DNA of 64,000 bases from Flammeovirgaceae bacterium (lineage in GTDB: Bacteria; Bacteroidota; Bacteroidia; Cytophagales; Cyclobacteriaceae), in assembly GCA_013204595.1 (NCBI GenBank), contig JABMNK010000100.1:8050-72049 (forward strand), given 5' to 3'. The translations under genes and the position numbers were made by a program. The first letter of the stretch is position 1, and each line of letters starts with the position of its first letter. The notes below the pieces were generated by a model. The model was not told the DNA's origin. It did no database searches and was given only the letters and a program-made list of their open reading frames with translations. This document shows positions 18,418 to 28,242 of the stretch, piece by piece.

Positions 18418-19710
18418 TCATTCAAAAAAAGCATATTCTTTTCGGAAAGATTCTTGTATTAAGTCATTTCTTAAATTTCCAATACTTCCAATATGAGTAT
18501 GCTGAATATCCCTATCAAAATTCAAAATCCCTGCTTTAATTTGACTTGAAACTTCATGATAGGCATCTCTAAAGGCCATCCCCGCATTTACGCGTTTATT
18601 GACTTCTTCTACACTAAAGATTGCTTCATATTTGGGCGATTCGATTACATGCTGCTGCACCTCCAATGCCTCGGTCATGGCGGTGACAATCCTCAAGCAA
18701 TCCTTCAAAGAAAAAAGCGCTGGAATAAATCGCTCCTTGAGTATCTGCAAGTCGCGATGATAGCCAGAGGGAAGATTTACCAAAATCATATTTAACTCAT
18801 AAGGTAGGGCCTGAAGTACATTGCACTTAGCACGCACCAATTCAAAGCCATCTGGGTTCGATTTGTGTGGCATAATGCTTGATCCCGTCGCATATCTTGG
18901 ATCAACTTTGAAGAATTCAAAATCCTGTCCCGCATAAAGACATACATCCATGGCGAATTTGGCTAATGTAGCCGCTAAACTATTAACGGTAAATGCTACA
19001 CTTTTTTCCATCTTACCACGGGTCATCTGCGCATAAATAGCATTTATATTCAATCCTTCAAACCCCATCTTCTTGGTCGTTGATAAACGATCGAGCGGAA
19101 AAGAAGATCCATACCCCGCCGCTGAGCCGAGCGGATTTTTATCTACTAACTGATAGCTTGCTTTGAGTTGAATCAAATCGTCAATCAAGCTTTCAGCATA
19201 CGCAGAAAACCAAAGTCCAAAGGAAGACGGCATCGCCACTTGCATATGTGTATATCCCGGCATTAACACCTCCTTATGACGCTCACTCAAGGTGATAAGC
19301 ACATCAAAAAGCGACTTTGTCAAAGTCACAATCTCTCTTAATTCGGCTTTTGCGAAAAGTTTTAAGGCGGTTAACACCTGGTCATTCCGAGAACGACCGC
19401 TATGTATTTTTTTTCCAATATCACCCAATTCTGCAGTCAGTAGTAATTCAATTTGAGAATGGCAATCTTCTACCCCATCCTCAATTTTAAAATCTCCTGC
19501 CAGAATCTGTTGCGCTATGTTGTCAAGTTCTTTGCACAATGCAGTCACTTCCTCTAAAGTCAGTAGCCCTATTTCCCCCAACATTTGAGTATGGGCACGG
19601 GAACCCATGATATCAAATTTCGCCAAATGAACATCTAATTCCGGATCCTTTCCTACCGTAAAACGTTCAAAAACTTTATCGATGGATTCTTCCTTTTGCC
19701 ACAACTTCAT
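18418..19710 (-). CDS. argH: Argininosuccinate lyase
   Basis: 430 aa with the lyase-1 family signature GSSIMPHKSNP and SGRSRNDQ. Last gene of the arg operon. Confidence 0.95.
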   Translation of the reverse strand: MKLWQKEESIDKVFERFTVGKDPELDVHLAKFDIMGSRAHTQMLGEIGLLTLEEVTALCKELDNIAQQILAGDFKIEDGVEDCHSQIELLLTAELGDIGKKIHSGRSRNDQVLTALKLFAKAELREIVTLTKSLFDVLITLSERHKEVLMPGYTHMQVAMPSSFGLWFSAYAESLIDDLIQLKASYQLVDKNPLGSAAGYGSSFPLDRLSTTKKMGFEGLNINAIYAQMTRGKMEKSVAFTVNSLAATLAKFAMDVCLYAGQDFEFFKVDPRYATGSSIMPHKSNPDGFELVRAKCNVLQALPYELNMILVNLPSGYHRDLQILKERFIPALFSLKDCLRIVTAMTEALEVQQHVIESPKYEAIFSVEEVNKRVNAGMAFRDAYHEVSSQIKAGILNFDRDIQHTHIGSIGNLRNDLIQESFRKEYAFFE

Positions 19711-20807
19711 GATACTATCATATTATTAAGGGTAGTAATTAGATCAATATAACCTTTAATGCCTATTTTAATTTCTTTAACATAAACAAACTCATCTGCA
19801 GTATGGGATCTTTCGGAAACACCAGGTCCTATTTTACAGCTCGGAAAAGGCATCAGCGATTGATCTGAAAGGGTAGGCGAGCCAAACAGTTCCAAATTTA
19901 ACATTTTTGCCGCTTGGACCAACAGATGATCTTCTGATAATCCAGAAGGATTCAAACGAGTGGATCGTGGTATGAGCTCACTAAGTGTATGCTCTTTGAT
20001 GGTTTCTAGAATTTCCAAATTTGTATAACCAGGTGTCGTTCTTACATCAACTACAAAATGACAATGATCAGGAATCATATTGTGCTGATAACCAGCTTCG
20101 ATCATCGTGACATTCATTTTTACTGGACCAAGGATAGGGGATACTTTTTCAAATTGATAACTCCTAAACCAATCGATGTCTTGCATCGCTACATAAATGG
20201 CATTTTCTCCCTCGTCTCGTGCCGTATGGCTCGATTTGCCTTTGGCGTATCCATCTAGCACCATTAAGCCCTTTTCAGCAAAGGCCATCCTCATTCCCGT
20301 TGGCTCACCGACAATCGCGAAATCTACCGCCCCTAGGTCTGAAATGATCGCGCTTAGCCCATTTTCCCCCGATATTTCTTCTTCTGCCGTGGCGGAAAAT
20401 ATTATGTTCAGTGGCATCGCTGCTTCATAAAAATATAAAAAAACATGTAATAAACTTACCAATGAAGCTCCCGCATCATTGCTTCCAAGACCATAAAGTT
20501 TTGTCTCTTTTTCGATAGGCTCGAAGGGATTTAAGGTATAACCTGCATTTGGCTTTACTGTATCATGATGTGAATTGAGCAATAAGGTTGGTTTGTCTGG
20601 CTGATAATTCCGACTACGTGCCCAGACATTGTGGTGCTTACGCTCAACCGGGATATTTTGAGTATTTAAAAAATTCTCAATAAGATCCGCCGTCGCACCT
20701 TCCGATTTGCTTACACTAGGCGTTCGGATTAAATCCTTTAGCAATTCAAGGGACGATTGCAGATAGTCTTCGTGCACTTTTTCAGGAAATAGTGGTGTAC
20801 TCGTCAT
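19707..20807 (-). CDS. argE: M20-family deacylase of the arginine pathway (ArgE-like; N-acyl-ornithine/citrulline deacylase)
   Basis: 366 aa with M20 metal-binding contexts NSHHDTVKP and ATAEEEISGENG. The operon context fits. Confidence 0.8.
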   Translation of the reverse strand: MTSTPLFPEKVHEDYLQSSLELLKDLIRTPSVSKSEGATADLIENFLNTQNIPVERKHHNVWARSRNYQPDKPTLLLNSHHDTVKPNAGYTLNPFEPIEKETKLYGLGSNDAGASLVSLLHVFLYFYEAAMPLNIIFSATAEEEISGENGLSAIISDLGAVDFAIVGEPTGMRMAFAEKGLMVLDGYAKGKSSHTARDEGENAIYVAMQDIDWFRSYQFEKVSPILGPVKMNVTMIEAGYQHNMIPDHCHFVVDVRTTPGYTNLEILETIKEHTLSELIPRSTRLNPSGLSEDHLLVQAAKMLNLELFGSPTLSDQSLMPFPSCKIGPGVSERSHTADEFVYVKEIKIGIKGYIDLITTLNNMIVS

Positions 20808-21570
20808 TAGATGCTAATAAATGAATGTTATCAAATTTTGTTATACACACGCGACGCACCCCATGAGCTATGGCTTGAAATGCATTATCAAGTTTGGGAA
20901 TCATGCCCTGAGATACTATGCCCTTGGATTTCAACTTTTGGTAATAAGTACGATCCAGTACTTTAATTAGGGAATTGGGGTCGCTCAACTCACGCATTAC
21001 GCCTGGTAATTCGAATGCATAGAGCAAATGCACTTCAAAGGATGAGCTCATGCTTACGGCAATCATATTGGCTATAGTATCGGCATTGGTATTTAAAATA
21101 TGACCCCTACCGTCATGAGTTAATGGTGCCAAAACCGGTACCAAGCCTATATCCAATAGCAATCTCAATTTCTTTACATCGATCTGAATAGGATCCCCTA
21201 CCCATCCATAATCAATTCCACTTTTAACGGGCCTCTTTTGAGAAAGAATAAGGTTCGCATCAGCACCCGTCAATCCCAAAGCATCACAGCCCATAGCCTG
21301 CAACTGTGTCACCATTTGCTTATTAATTAACCCACCATATACCATAGTGACTACCTCAATCATCTGATCGTTCGTTATTCTCCGACCTTCAACCATTTCG
21401 ACGGGAACGCTCATACGCTGTGCCACCTCACTCGCCTTTGAACCTCCTCCATGAACCAATATTTTGTACCCGGAAAGCTTACTAAATGCCTCTAACAACG
21501 GCAAAAGCATGGTAGCGTCATTGATTACATTCCCACCTACTTTGATTACATGAAGTTTAGTATATTTCAT
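20782..21570 (-). CDS. argB: N-acylglutamate kinase
   Basis: 262 aa in the amino-acid kinase family, with motifs VIKVGGN and LVHGGG. Confidence 0.92.
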   Translation of the reverse strand: MKYTKLHVIKVGGNVINDATMLLPLLEAFSKLSGYKILVHGGGSKASEVAQRMSVPVEMVEGRRITNDQMIEVVTMVYGGLINKQMVTQLQAMGCDALGLTGADANLILSQKRPVKSGIDYGWVGDPIQIDVKKLRLLLDIGLVPVLAPLTHDGRGHILNTNADTIANMIAVSMSSSFEVHLLYAFELPGVMRELSDPNSLIKVLDRTYYQKLKSKGIVSQGMIPKLDNAFQAIAHGVRRVCITKFDNIHLLASNDEYTTIS

Positions 21571-22508
21571 TGTGTCAATATTTTTCTCAGAACTAATTGA
21601 GCACTATACAATCTGTTTTTGGCTTGGTCTTGTATGATAGAATGTGCACTATCCATTGCGTCATCCGCAATAACGACGTTACGCCTAACCGGCAAACAAT
21701 GCATTAATTTGGCATTTGATGTGTCTTTTAATTTTTCAAGCGTCATCATCCAAGAAGGCGCATTGCCAACACTACCGTATTCCTTAAAAGAGGACCAGTT
21801 TTTGACATATACAAAGTGAGCATCCCTCAATGCTGCACTTTGATCATAATGAATTTTAGCTTCTCCAGTAAATGCCTCATCCAATTCCATCCCCGCTGGC
21901 TGCGCTATATGAAAATCAACATCCACACGATTCATCCATTGAGCAAACGAATTAGGTACTGCCTGCGGCAAGGCCTTTATATGAGGTGCCCATGTCAAAA
22001 CCACCTTGGGCTTTGACACCTTCTTATGCTCTTCAATGGTCATTAAATCCGCTAATGATTGTAGGGGATGAAGGGTTGCCGATTCAAGATTAATGATTGG
22101 TACTCCTGCATATTTTTTAAATGCCAAGAGCAATTTCTCTGAATAATCATCTGATACGTTTACTAAGGAAGGAAAAGCCCTTACCCCCAAAACATCACAA
22201 TAGCCGCCCATGACAGTGGCTGCTTCTGAAATATGTTCAGCATTTTTTCCATTCATCACAACGCCTTCGTCCATTTCTAATTGCCATCCATCTGTACTGA
22301 CATTAAGGCTAATCGTCTGCATACCCAAATTCTGCGCAGCCCTTGTCATACTTAATCTCGTGCGTAGACTCGAATTAAAAAACACCAATCCCAAGGTCTT
22401 ATTAATTCCAAATAACTTGTCCTGAAAAGGATGCTCCTTAAGCTTAATTGCCTCGTGTGCCCAACCTAGCGGATTAGGGCAATCTTCAACCGATAAAAAA
22501 TGATTCAT
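21567..22508 (-). CDS. argF: N-acyl-L-ornithine carbamoyltransferase (AOTCase/SOTCase family, ArgF')
   Basis: Carbamoyl-phosphate motif FFNSSLRTR, plus HPLQS and HCLPVRRN motifs. As far as I recall it, the protein is co-linear with the Bacteroides fragilis succinylornithine transcarbamylase. Start moved to ATG 22508 (MNHFLSVEDCP...). The ORF-track start at 22616 would overlap argD by 131 nt. Confidence 0.9.
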   Translation of the reverse strand: MNHFLSVEDCPNPLGWAHEAIKLKEHPFQDKLFGINKTLGLVFFNSSLRTRLSMTRAAQNLGMQTISLNVSTDGWQLEMDEGVVMNGKNAEHISEAATVMGGYCDVLGVRAFPSLVNVSDDYSEKLLLAFKKYAGVPIINLESATLHPLQSLADLMTIEEHKKVSKPKVVLTWAPHIKALPQAVPNSFAQWMNRVDVDFHIAQPAGMELDEAFTGEAKIHYDQSAALRDAHFVYVKNWSSFKEYGSVGNAPSWMMTLEKLKDTSNAKLMHCLPVRRNVVIADDAMDSAHSIIQDQAKNRLYSAQLVLRKILTQ

Positions 22509-23631
22509 CTTGCAAAATGGATTTAAATGCTGATAAAAAAAACAATAACTCGTCGTCGTTAAGGGCCAATGAAGGTAAAAGTCTGATGGTATTGGGGTTA
22601 GAAGCTGATCCCACAAATACTTTTTGATCTATCAGTAGCTTGTTACGAAAAGATTTGGAATCAACTGGCAAGTCCAAGCCCACCATAAGCCCCCTTCCTC
22701 TAACCACCTCCAAACCCTCTAGTAATGCCAATTGACCCCACAACTTCTCTCCCATCACTTTGGCATTCTCAATAAGCTTTTCAGTCTCTATAACCTCCAA
22801 TACCGCTAAGCCTGCCGCGCATGCAAGATGATTTCCACCAAAAGTAGTTCCTAGCATACCTGACCAAGGTTTTACATCCGGTTGGATCAAAACGCCTGCA
22901 ATAGGAAACCCATTCCCCATTCCCTTTGCGATGGTGATGAGATCTGGCGTGACGTTCGCAAATTGATGCGAAAAAAATTTACCCGAACGCCCATAGCCAC
23001 TTTGAATTTCATCCAAAATAAACAATGAGCCATTTTGCTTGCAAAGTGTTTTTAAACCACGCAAAAAATCGTCAGTAGGAACATGAATACCCCCTACCCC
23101 CTGAATGCCTTCTATAAGCACGGCAGCGACTGATGCATCCAGTTGTTGTGAGACTGCCTCAAGATCGTTGAATGGCAATCGAATAAATCTATCATTTATA
23201 TTGATTGGTGCCACTATTTTTTTTCCATCTGTAGCGGTCACTGCCAACGAGGTACGGCCATGAAAAGCTCTTTCAAAAACAATGATTTTTTCTCTCTTAG
23301 TATGAAATGAAGCGAGTTTAAGGGCATTCTCGATGGCCTCTGCTCCTGAATTGCACAAAAAAAGTTGATAGTCAGGATATGCGGAAAGCTTCCCCAATTT
23401 CATAGCCAATTCTGCTTGAATAGGCATTTGAACCGAATTTGAATAAAATCCAAGTTGCCTGAGTTGTGTCGTGATACGATCAACATAATGAGGATGACTG
23501 TGTCCAATAGATATTACCGCATGACCCCCATAAAAATCCAAATAACGTCCGCCGCTTTGGTCCCAAATCCAGGAGCCCAAACCGCTAACAGGCTCCAAAT
23601 CATATCGAGGATAAACATCGAACAACTTCAT
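22486..23631 (-). CDS. argD: N-acylornithine aminotransferase (class III PLP)
   Basis: 381 aa with DEIQSGYGRSGKFF and the PLP-lysine context TIAKGMGNG. Confidence 0.9.
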   Translation of the reverse strand: MKLFDVYPRYDLEPVSGLGSWIWDQSGGRYLDFYGGHAVISIGHSHPHYVDRITTQLRQLGFYSNSVQMPIQAELAMKLGKLSAYPDYQLFLCNSGAEAIENALKLASFHTKREKIIVFERAFHGRTSLAVTATDGKKIVAPININDRFIRLPFNDLEAVSQQLDASVAAVLIEGIQGVGGIHVPTDDFLRGLKTLCKQNGSLFILDEIQSGYGRSGKFFSHQFANVTPDLITIAKGMGNGFPIAGVLIQPDVKPWSGMLGTTFGGNHLACAAGLAVLEVIETEKLIENAKVMGEKLWGQLALLEGLEVVRGRGLMVGLDLPVDSKSFRNKLLIDQKVFVGSASNPNTIRLLPSLALNDDELLFFLSAFKSILQDESFFIG

Positions 23632-24431
23632 GATTTCATCTGATTAATTTTATTAAATGAGGTCATAACCCCTTTGATCAAGGAAGAACTAAACCCTTGA
23701 TGTTCCATTTCATTCAATCCCTCAATGGTACAACCTTGAGGCGTTGTTACTTTATCAATCTCTACCTCAGGATGGCTTTGATTCTCAAGAATAAGGGAGG
23801 CAGCCCCTTTTGCTGTTTGAACCGCAATTAATTGCGCTTCTTCCGTATCAAATCCCATTTGCACCCCTGCCTGAGTCGCCGCCCTTAAGTATCTCATAAA
23901 AAAAGCTATTCCGCTTGCCCCCAAGACTGTTGCCGCCTGCATGAGTCGTTCTTCAATAATCATGGTCAAACCCAATGTCTGAAAAAGAGTCACCACGAGC
24001 TCCAACGCCCCGTTTGAGCCATTTGAAGCCAAGCAAGTCATTGATTGACCTAGGGCAATGGCCGTGTTTGGCATAGCCCTAATCAATTGACATTTTGGTA
24101 TAAGCTTATCTTTCAATCGATCCAGAGAAACCCCAGTTATGACAGAAACAAGAATATGATCTGCTGTTATTTCACTTTTTATTTCGACCAATAAAGCATC
24201 TATCTGATTGGGCTGAACGCATAAAAAAATGATCCTAGATTGGGCTACAACGACTTTATTATCGGCCGAGATCAAAAACCCTTCCTTCTCATAGATTGCC
24301 AATTCGTGGACATGCCTTCTGGTCAAAATAATCTCAGCTGGGGCTCGTAATCCTTTTTCAACAATCCCTTTTGCAATAGCAATTCCTAAATTACCTGCAC
24401 CAACTATGGCTATTTTTTGAGATCCGTTCAT
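23628..24431 (-). CDS. proC: Pyrroline-5-carboxylate reductase
   Basis: 267 aa with the Rossmann N-terminus IAIVGAGNLGIAIAKG. Embedded in the arg operon. Confidence 0.9.
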   Translation of the reverse strand: MNGSQKIAIVGAGNLGIAIAKGIVEKGLRAPAEIILTRRHVHELAIYEKEGFLISADNKVVVAQSRIIFLCVQPNQIDALLVEIKSEITADHILVSVITGVSLDRLKDKLIPKCQLIRAMPNTAIALGQSMTCLASNGSNGALELVVTLFQTLGLTMIIEERLMQAATVLGASGIAFFMRYLRAATQAGVQMGFDTEEAQLIAVQTAKGAASLILENQSHPEVEIDKVTTPQGCTIEGLNEMEHQGFSSSLIKGVMTSFNKINQMKS

Positions 24432-24433
24432 AG

Positions 24434-25417
24434 TTAAAATGCACTGCCTTTTAAAAAAAGTCCAGTGGTTTCTTCAAAATCAAAAATTAAATTCATATTC
24501 TGCACAGCTTGTCCTGAGGCGCCTTTGAGTAGATTATCGATCACAACAATGACCAGCGCTTGATTACCCATTTTACTTACAGAAACTAGGGCCTTATTGG
24601 TATTCACCACCATTTTTATATCGGGATTATAAGCGACCGTATGAGTAAAGGGGTGATCACTATAAAAATCATCATAAAGAGAAACCAAGGCTGCTTCACT
24701 CAAATTCGTCGTGAAATACGCACTAATAATAATACCCCGAGTAAACGCGCCTCTATAAGGGAGAAAATTTATCGTTCCATCGTAGTTCGAATCTATTTGT
24801 ACGGAAGACTGCTTGATTTCCTCAAGATGCTGATGGGTGAATGCTTTATAAATGCTTGCGTTGTCATTTCTCCATGAATAATGTAAAGTCGGAGACAGCG
24901 CTTGCCCTGCACCTGTTGAACCAGTGATTCCCGAAACATGTACATCTGATTCTATCACCTGTGCAGCAATGGCCGGCAGTATAGCCAATTGAATCGCTGT
25001 TGCAAAACACCCTGGATTTGCAATATGATCTGCTTTTCGAATGGATTCTCTATAAATTTCTGGTAAGCCATAAATAAAACCATGCGCACCAGAAATCCTG
25101 AAATCCTGACTTAAATCAATTATTTTTAACTCCTTCAGCTTTGGATTTTCATCCAAATAGGCTTTGGATTTACCATGTCCCTTACATAAAAATATAATGT
25201 CCAAATCAGGCCTATTTAAATCCAAGCAAAACAGCCTATCGGTCTCTCCCAACAAATCCTGATGAATAGACACAATGGGCCGACCAGAGTGACTTTCACT
25301 TTGAGCATAAATCTGACCGACATTGGGGTGATTCAGTAAAACACGAATCAGCTCTCCTGCAGTATAGCCAGCCGCACCTGCAATACCCACGTTTATTTTT
25401 TTAGGAGTCCAAACCAT
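24434..25417 (-). CDS. argC: N-acyl-gamma-glutamyl-phosphate reductase
   Basis: GAAGYTAGELIRVLL and the active-site Cys context NPGCFATA. Start moved to ATG 25417 (MVWTPKKINVGIAG). The ORF-track start at 25498 would overlap argG by 98 nt. Confidence 0.92.
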   Translation of the reverse strand: MVWTPKKINVGIAGAAGYTAGELIRVLLNHPNVGQIYAQSESHSGRPIVSIHQDLLGETDRLFCLDLNRPDLDIIFLCKGHGKSKAYLDENPKLKELKIIDLSQDFRISGAHGFIYGLPEIYRESIRKADHIANPGCFATAIQLAILPAIAAQVIESDVHVSGITGSTGAGQALSPTLHYSWRNDNASIYKAFTHQHLEEIKQSSVQIDSNYDGTINFLPYRGAFTRGIIISAYFTTNLSEAALVSLYDDFYSDHPFTHTVAYNPDIKMVVNTNKALVSVSKMGNQALVIVVIDNLLKGASGQAVQNMNLIFDFEETTGLFLKGSAF

Positions 25418-26585
25418 GATATAATTTTGTTTGATTAGCGAAAATTTTGATAAATCCCTTAGCCTCTTCAGCAGACCAACCGCTGTTTGATTCGCCATAA
25501 CTGGCCACCTTTGATTGCATCAAATCATTTGATGATACGATACCCAATAATTGAAATCGATAGGGGGCCAAAAGAACACGAACCGCACCTGAAACATTCT
25601 TTTGGGAGGAACCCAAGAACGCCTCAATATTGCGCATCGAAGGATCTAAATATTGACCTTCATGCATCAAATTTCCATAAAATGCAGTCAACTGATCTTT
25701 AATGAACAATTGCTGCTTGGTTAAGGTGTGTTTTTCTAGCAAATGATGTGCTTTAATAATCATCAGAGCTGCCGCCGCCTCAAATCCAACACGCCCCTTA
25801 ATACCAATAATCGTATCGCCAACGTGAATATCTCTACCAATCGCATACTTACCACCCAATAAGTTGAGTTTTTTAATGAGATCCACTGGACTCATTCGTT
25901 GCCCATTCAATCCCGTCGGCTCTCCATGCGTAAAGGTTATTTCGATCATTTCAGATCCCTCTTTTTGCAGTTGACTTGGGAATGCATCTTCGGGTAAGAA
26001 TTGGTCTGAAGTCAATGTCTCCTTTCCGCCAACTGAGGTACCCCAAAGTCCCTGATTGATTGAATAAGTAGCCTTTTCCCAATCACCAATGATACCATGA
26101 CTTTTGAGATAGGTGATTTCCTCTTCTCTAGAAAGAGAATTGTCTCGAATAGGCGTAATAATTTCAATTTTTGGACACAGCGTCTGAAAAATTAAATCAA
26201 ATCTAATCTGATCATTACCAGCTCCCGTACTTCCATGAGCAATGGCTTGGACCTCTTCTTTATTGGCATAATTCGCCAAAGCCACCGCCTGAAAAACGCG
26301 CTCAGCACTAACAGAAAGCGGATAAGTCTGATTCTTTAAAACATTTCCGAAAATCAAATACTTTATGCCGTTTTGATAAAAATTCTCTGTCTCATCGAGT
26401 AATTGATAATCTGAAACCCCTAATTCTAATGCCCTAATCCTTAGTCTTCTGACTTCCTCAGCATCAAAACCACCCGTATTAACAGATGCGGCTATCACAT
26501 CAAAACCTAAATCTTTTGTCAAATGAACTGCGCAATATGACGTATCTAAACCGCCACTGAATGCCAAAAGTACCTTTTTTTTCAC
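25401..26585 (-). CDS. argG: Argininosuccinate synthase
   Basis: 394 aa with the ATP-binding signature AFSGGLDTS and GSTGAGNDQIRF. Confidence 0.95.
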   Translation of the reverse strand: MKKKVLLAFSGGLDTSYCAVHLTKDLGFDVIAASVNTGGFDAEEVRRLRIRALELGVSDYQLLDETENFYQNGIKYLIFGNVLKNQTYPLSVSAERVFQAVALANYANKEEVQAIAHGSTGAGNDQIRFDLIFQTLCPKIEIITPIRDNSLSREEEITYLKSHGIIGDWEKATYSINQGLWGTSVGGKETLTSDQFLPEDAFPSQLQKEGSEMIEITFTHGEPTGLNGQRMSPVDLIKKLNLLGGKYAIGRDIHVGDTIIGIKGRVGFEAAAALMIIKAHHLLEKHTLTKQQLFIKDQLTAFYGNLMHEGQYLDPSMRNIEAFLGSSQKNVSGAVRVLLAPYRFQLLGIVSSNDLMQSKVASYGESNSGWSAEEAKGFIKIFANQTKLYHGLDS

Positions 26586-27214
26586 GCGATTATCCCTTTG
26601 GTTTTCTCCTCATTTTTACTACCTATCAGGCGCCGAAATAATTTTGATTGCGTAAGAAAATTCCACTTTTTTTGTCTCTTTGCAACAGGATCAAATAGCA
26701 TACCGGTGCAAAGACAATTCGCCTTGTTTTTACTTTGCAATATTTCGTAATTGACACAACTTTGACAGCCCTTCCAGAATTCTTCATCTTTGGTCAATTC
26801 ACTAAAGGTTACTGGATAATAACCCAATTCTGAATTGATTTTCATTACAGGAAGTGAGGTCGTCAATCCAAAAAGCTTTGCGCCTGGAAAGGTTTTCTGA
26901 CTATGCTCAAAAGCCATCTTTTTTATCTTTTTGGCAATTCCGGCATTCCGGAAATCTGGGCTGACAACAAGTCCAGAATTAGCTACATATTCCTTTTCTC
27001 CCCAAGTCTCGATATAACAAAAACCTACCAGCTCACCTGCTTTAGATAAGGCGATAATTGCCTTCTTTTCATTAATTTTTTTAATAATATATTCGGGTGT
27101 ACGCTTAGCGATACCCGTTCCTCTTTTTTTCGCACTCTCCTCAATGAGCCATGATATGGATTCAGCATAGCTGATGTGCTCTGGAGAGGCTACCTGAATC
27201 ACAATAGAATTCAT
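26582..27214 (-). CDS. GNAT-family acyltransferase, first gene of the arg operon (candidate N-acylglutamate synthase)
   Basis: 210 aa with a GNAT acyl-CoA-binding region (VSPDFRNAGIAKKIKKMAFEH) and a C-terminal Cys-rich tail (CQSC...CLC). Has a 4-nt overlap with argG. Confidence 0.7.
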   Translation of the reverse strand: MNSIVIQVASPEHISYAESISWLIEESAKKRGTGIAKRTPEYIIKKINEKKAIIALSKAGELVGFCYIETWGEKEYVANSGLVVSPDFRNAGIAKKIKKMAFEHSQKTFPGAKLFGLTTSLPVMKINSELGYYPVTFSELTKDEEFWKGCQSCVNYEILQSKNKANCLCTGMLFDPVAKRQKKWNFLTQSKLFRRLIGSKNEEKTKGIIA

Positions 27215-27554
27215 GCGCTCCTTTCTTTGAATTTTAGATTTATTTAATACGAAATTTGGGGACGACCTTCCACATAGGAGGTCAATTATATGTATAGGCT
27301 AGCGCCTAGCCGGAGAAATTGGCCTTATTGAATTATTGGGCAATATGTAGTTTGACATCCACATGATAAAGATACAAGATTAGTATTAAAGCGATCTAAT
27401 TCCAATAATTATGATAAAAATATAACTTTACTTATTCACGATAGATTGACCCCTAAAATAACTTAGCAACTTCCCTATTGACCAATTTATACGCAAAATA
27501 CCCTACAATCAAATGCCAACTAGTTCTTCAAACACCAACTGATCTACCTAAAAG

Positions 27555-27596
27555 AACAAAAAAAAATGCCCAATAATTAAGTGATCAGGCATTTTT
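27555..27596 (-). terminator. Putative intrinsic terminator after nqrE
   Basis: On the minus strand, the stem AAAATGCC/GGCATTTT (27588-27595 pairing with 27563-27570) has a 17-nt loop and is followed by a run of T (rc of the A-run 27557-27562). It lies 22 nt past the nqrE stop. The stem is short and AT-rich. Confidence 0.45.
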
Positions 27597-27617
27597 AATA
27601 TTTTAATCAAAAACTAT

Positions 27618-28229
27618 TTATAAAGCAATACCAATAAAAGATTTAAAAGCCAATCCCATCAAACCCGTAATGAGCATGGTGATGCCCAATCCTTTCAGGC
27701 CATTAGGCACATGAGAATATTTCAAACGTTCTCTAATCGCAGCCAAAGCTATTATGGCCAAGAAAAAACCAAAACCCGATCCAAAACCATATGAAGTAGC
27801 CTCAATGATGTTATAATCTTTCTGAACCATGAACAAGGAAGAACCCAAAATGGCGCAGTTAACAGCGATCAATGGCAAAAAGATACCCAATGATCCATAG
27901 AGTGCTGGGGATAATTTTTCAATGATCATTTCAACCAACTGAACCATAGAGGCAATCACAGCAATGAACATAATGAATTGAAGAAACGTCAGGTCAATGG
28001 ACTCAAAACTCCCATCTATCCACGTTAAGGCCCCTTCTTTCAGTACATATTCCTGAAGCAACCAATTAACAGGTACCGTTAATGTGAGTACAAAAACTAC
28101 AGCTAAACCAAGACCAAAAGCAGTTTCTACTTTTTTGGATATCGCCAAAAAGGAACACATGCCTAAGTAATAGGCAAAGATCATATTGTCTATAAAGATA
28201 CCCCTGAGTGCTATATTAAAAACTTCCAT
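27618..28229 (-). CDS. nqrE: Na+-translocating NADH:quinone oxidoreductase subunit E
   Basis: 203-aa polytopic NqrE/RnfA-family protein. Sits after nqrD. Confidence 0.92.
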   Translation of the reverse strand: MEVFNIALRGIFIDNMIFAYYLGMCSFLAISKKVETAFGLGLAVVFVLTLTVPVNWLLQEYVLKEGALTWIDGSFESIDLTFLQFIMFIAVIASMVQLVEMIIEKLSPALYGSLGIFLPLIAVNCAILGSSLFMVQKDYNIIEATSYGFGSGFGFFLAIIALAAIRERLKYSHVPNGLKGLGITMLITGLMGLAFKSFIGIAL

Positions 28230-28242
28230 TATGTTCTGTTTT

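Noticed and set aside
22509-22616. N-terminal extensions of the longest ORFs for argF' (22509-22616) and argC (25418-25498). They would make these genes overlap their upstream neighbours by ~100-130 nt.
   Set aside because: The extensions lack similarity to the family N-termini, for example MWDQLLTPIPSDFYLHWPL... Internal ATGs give canonical N-termini and short 17-23 nt overlaps. The extensions are therefore treated as ORF-caller artefacts.
27228-27343. Possible ARG boxes upstream of the arg operon: TGAATTTTAGATTTA at 27228-27242 and TTGAATTATTGGGCAA at 27328-27343.
   Set aside because: Only one half-site (TGAAT) matches in each, and the partner half-sites have 1-3 mismatches or wrong spacing. 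The first lies only ~14 nt from the start codon. In AT-rich DNA such partial matches are expected by chance, and I cannot verify the phylum-specific ArgR motif from memory.
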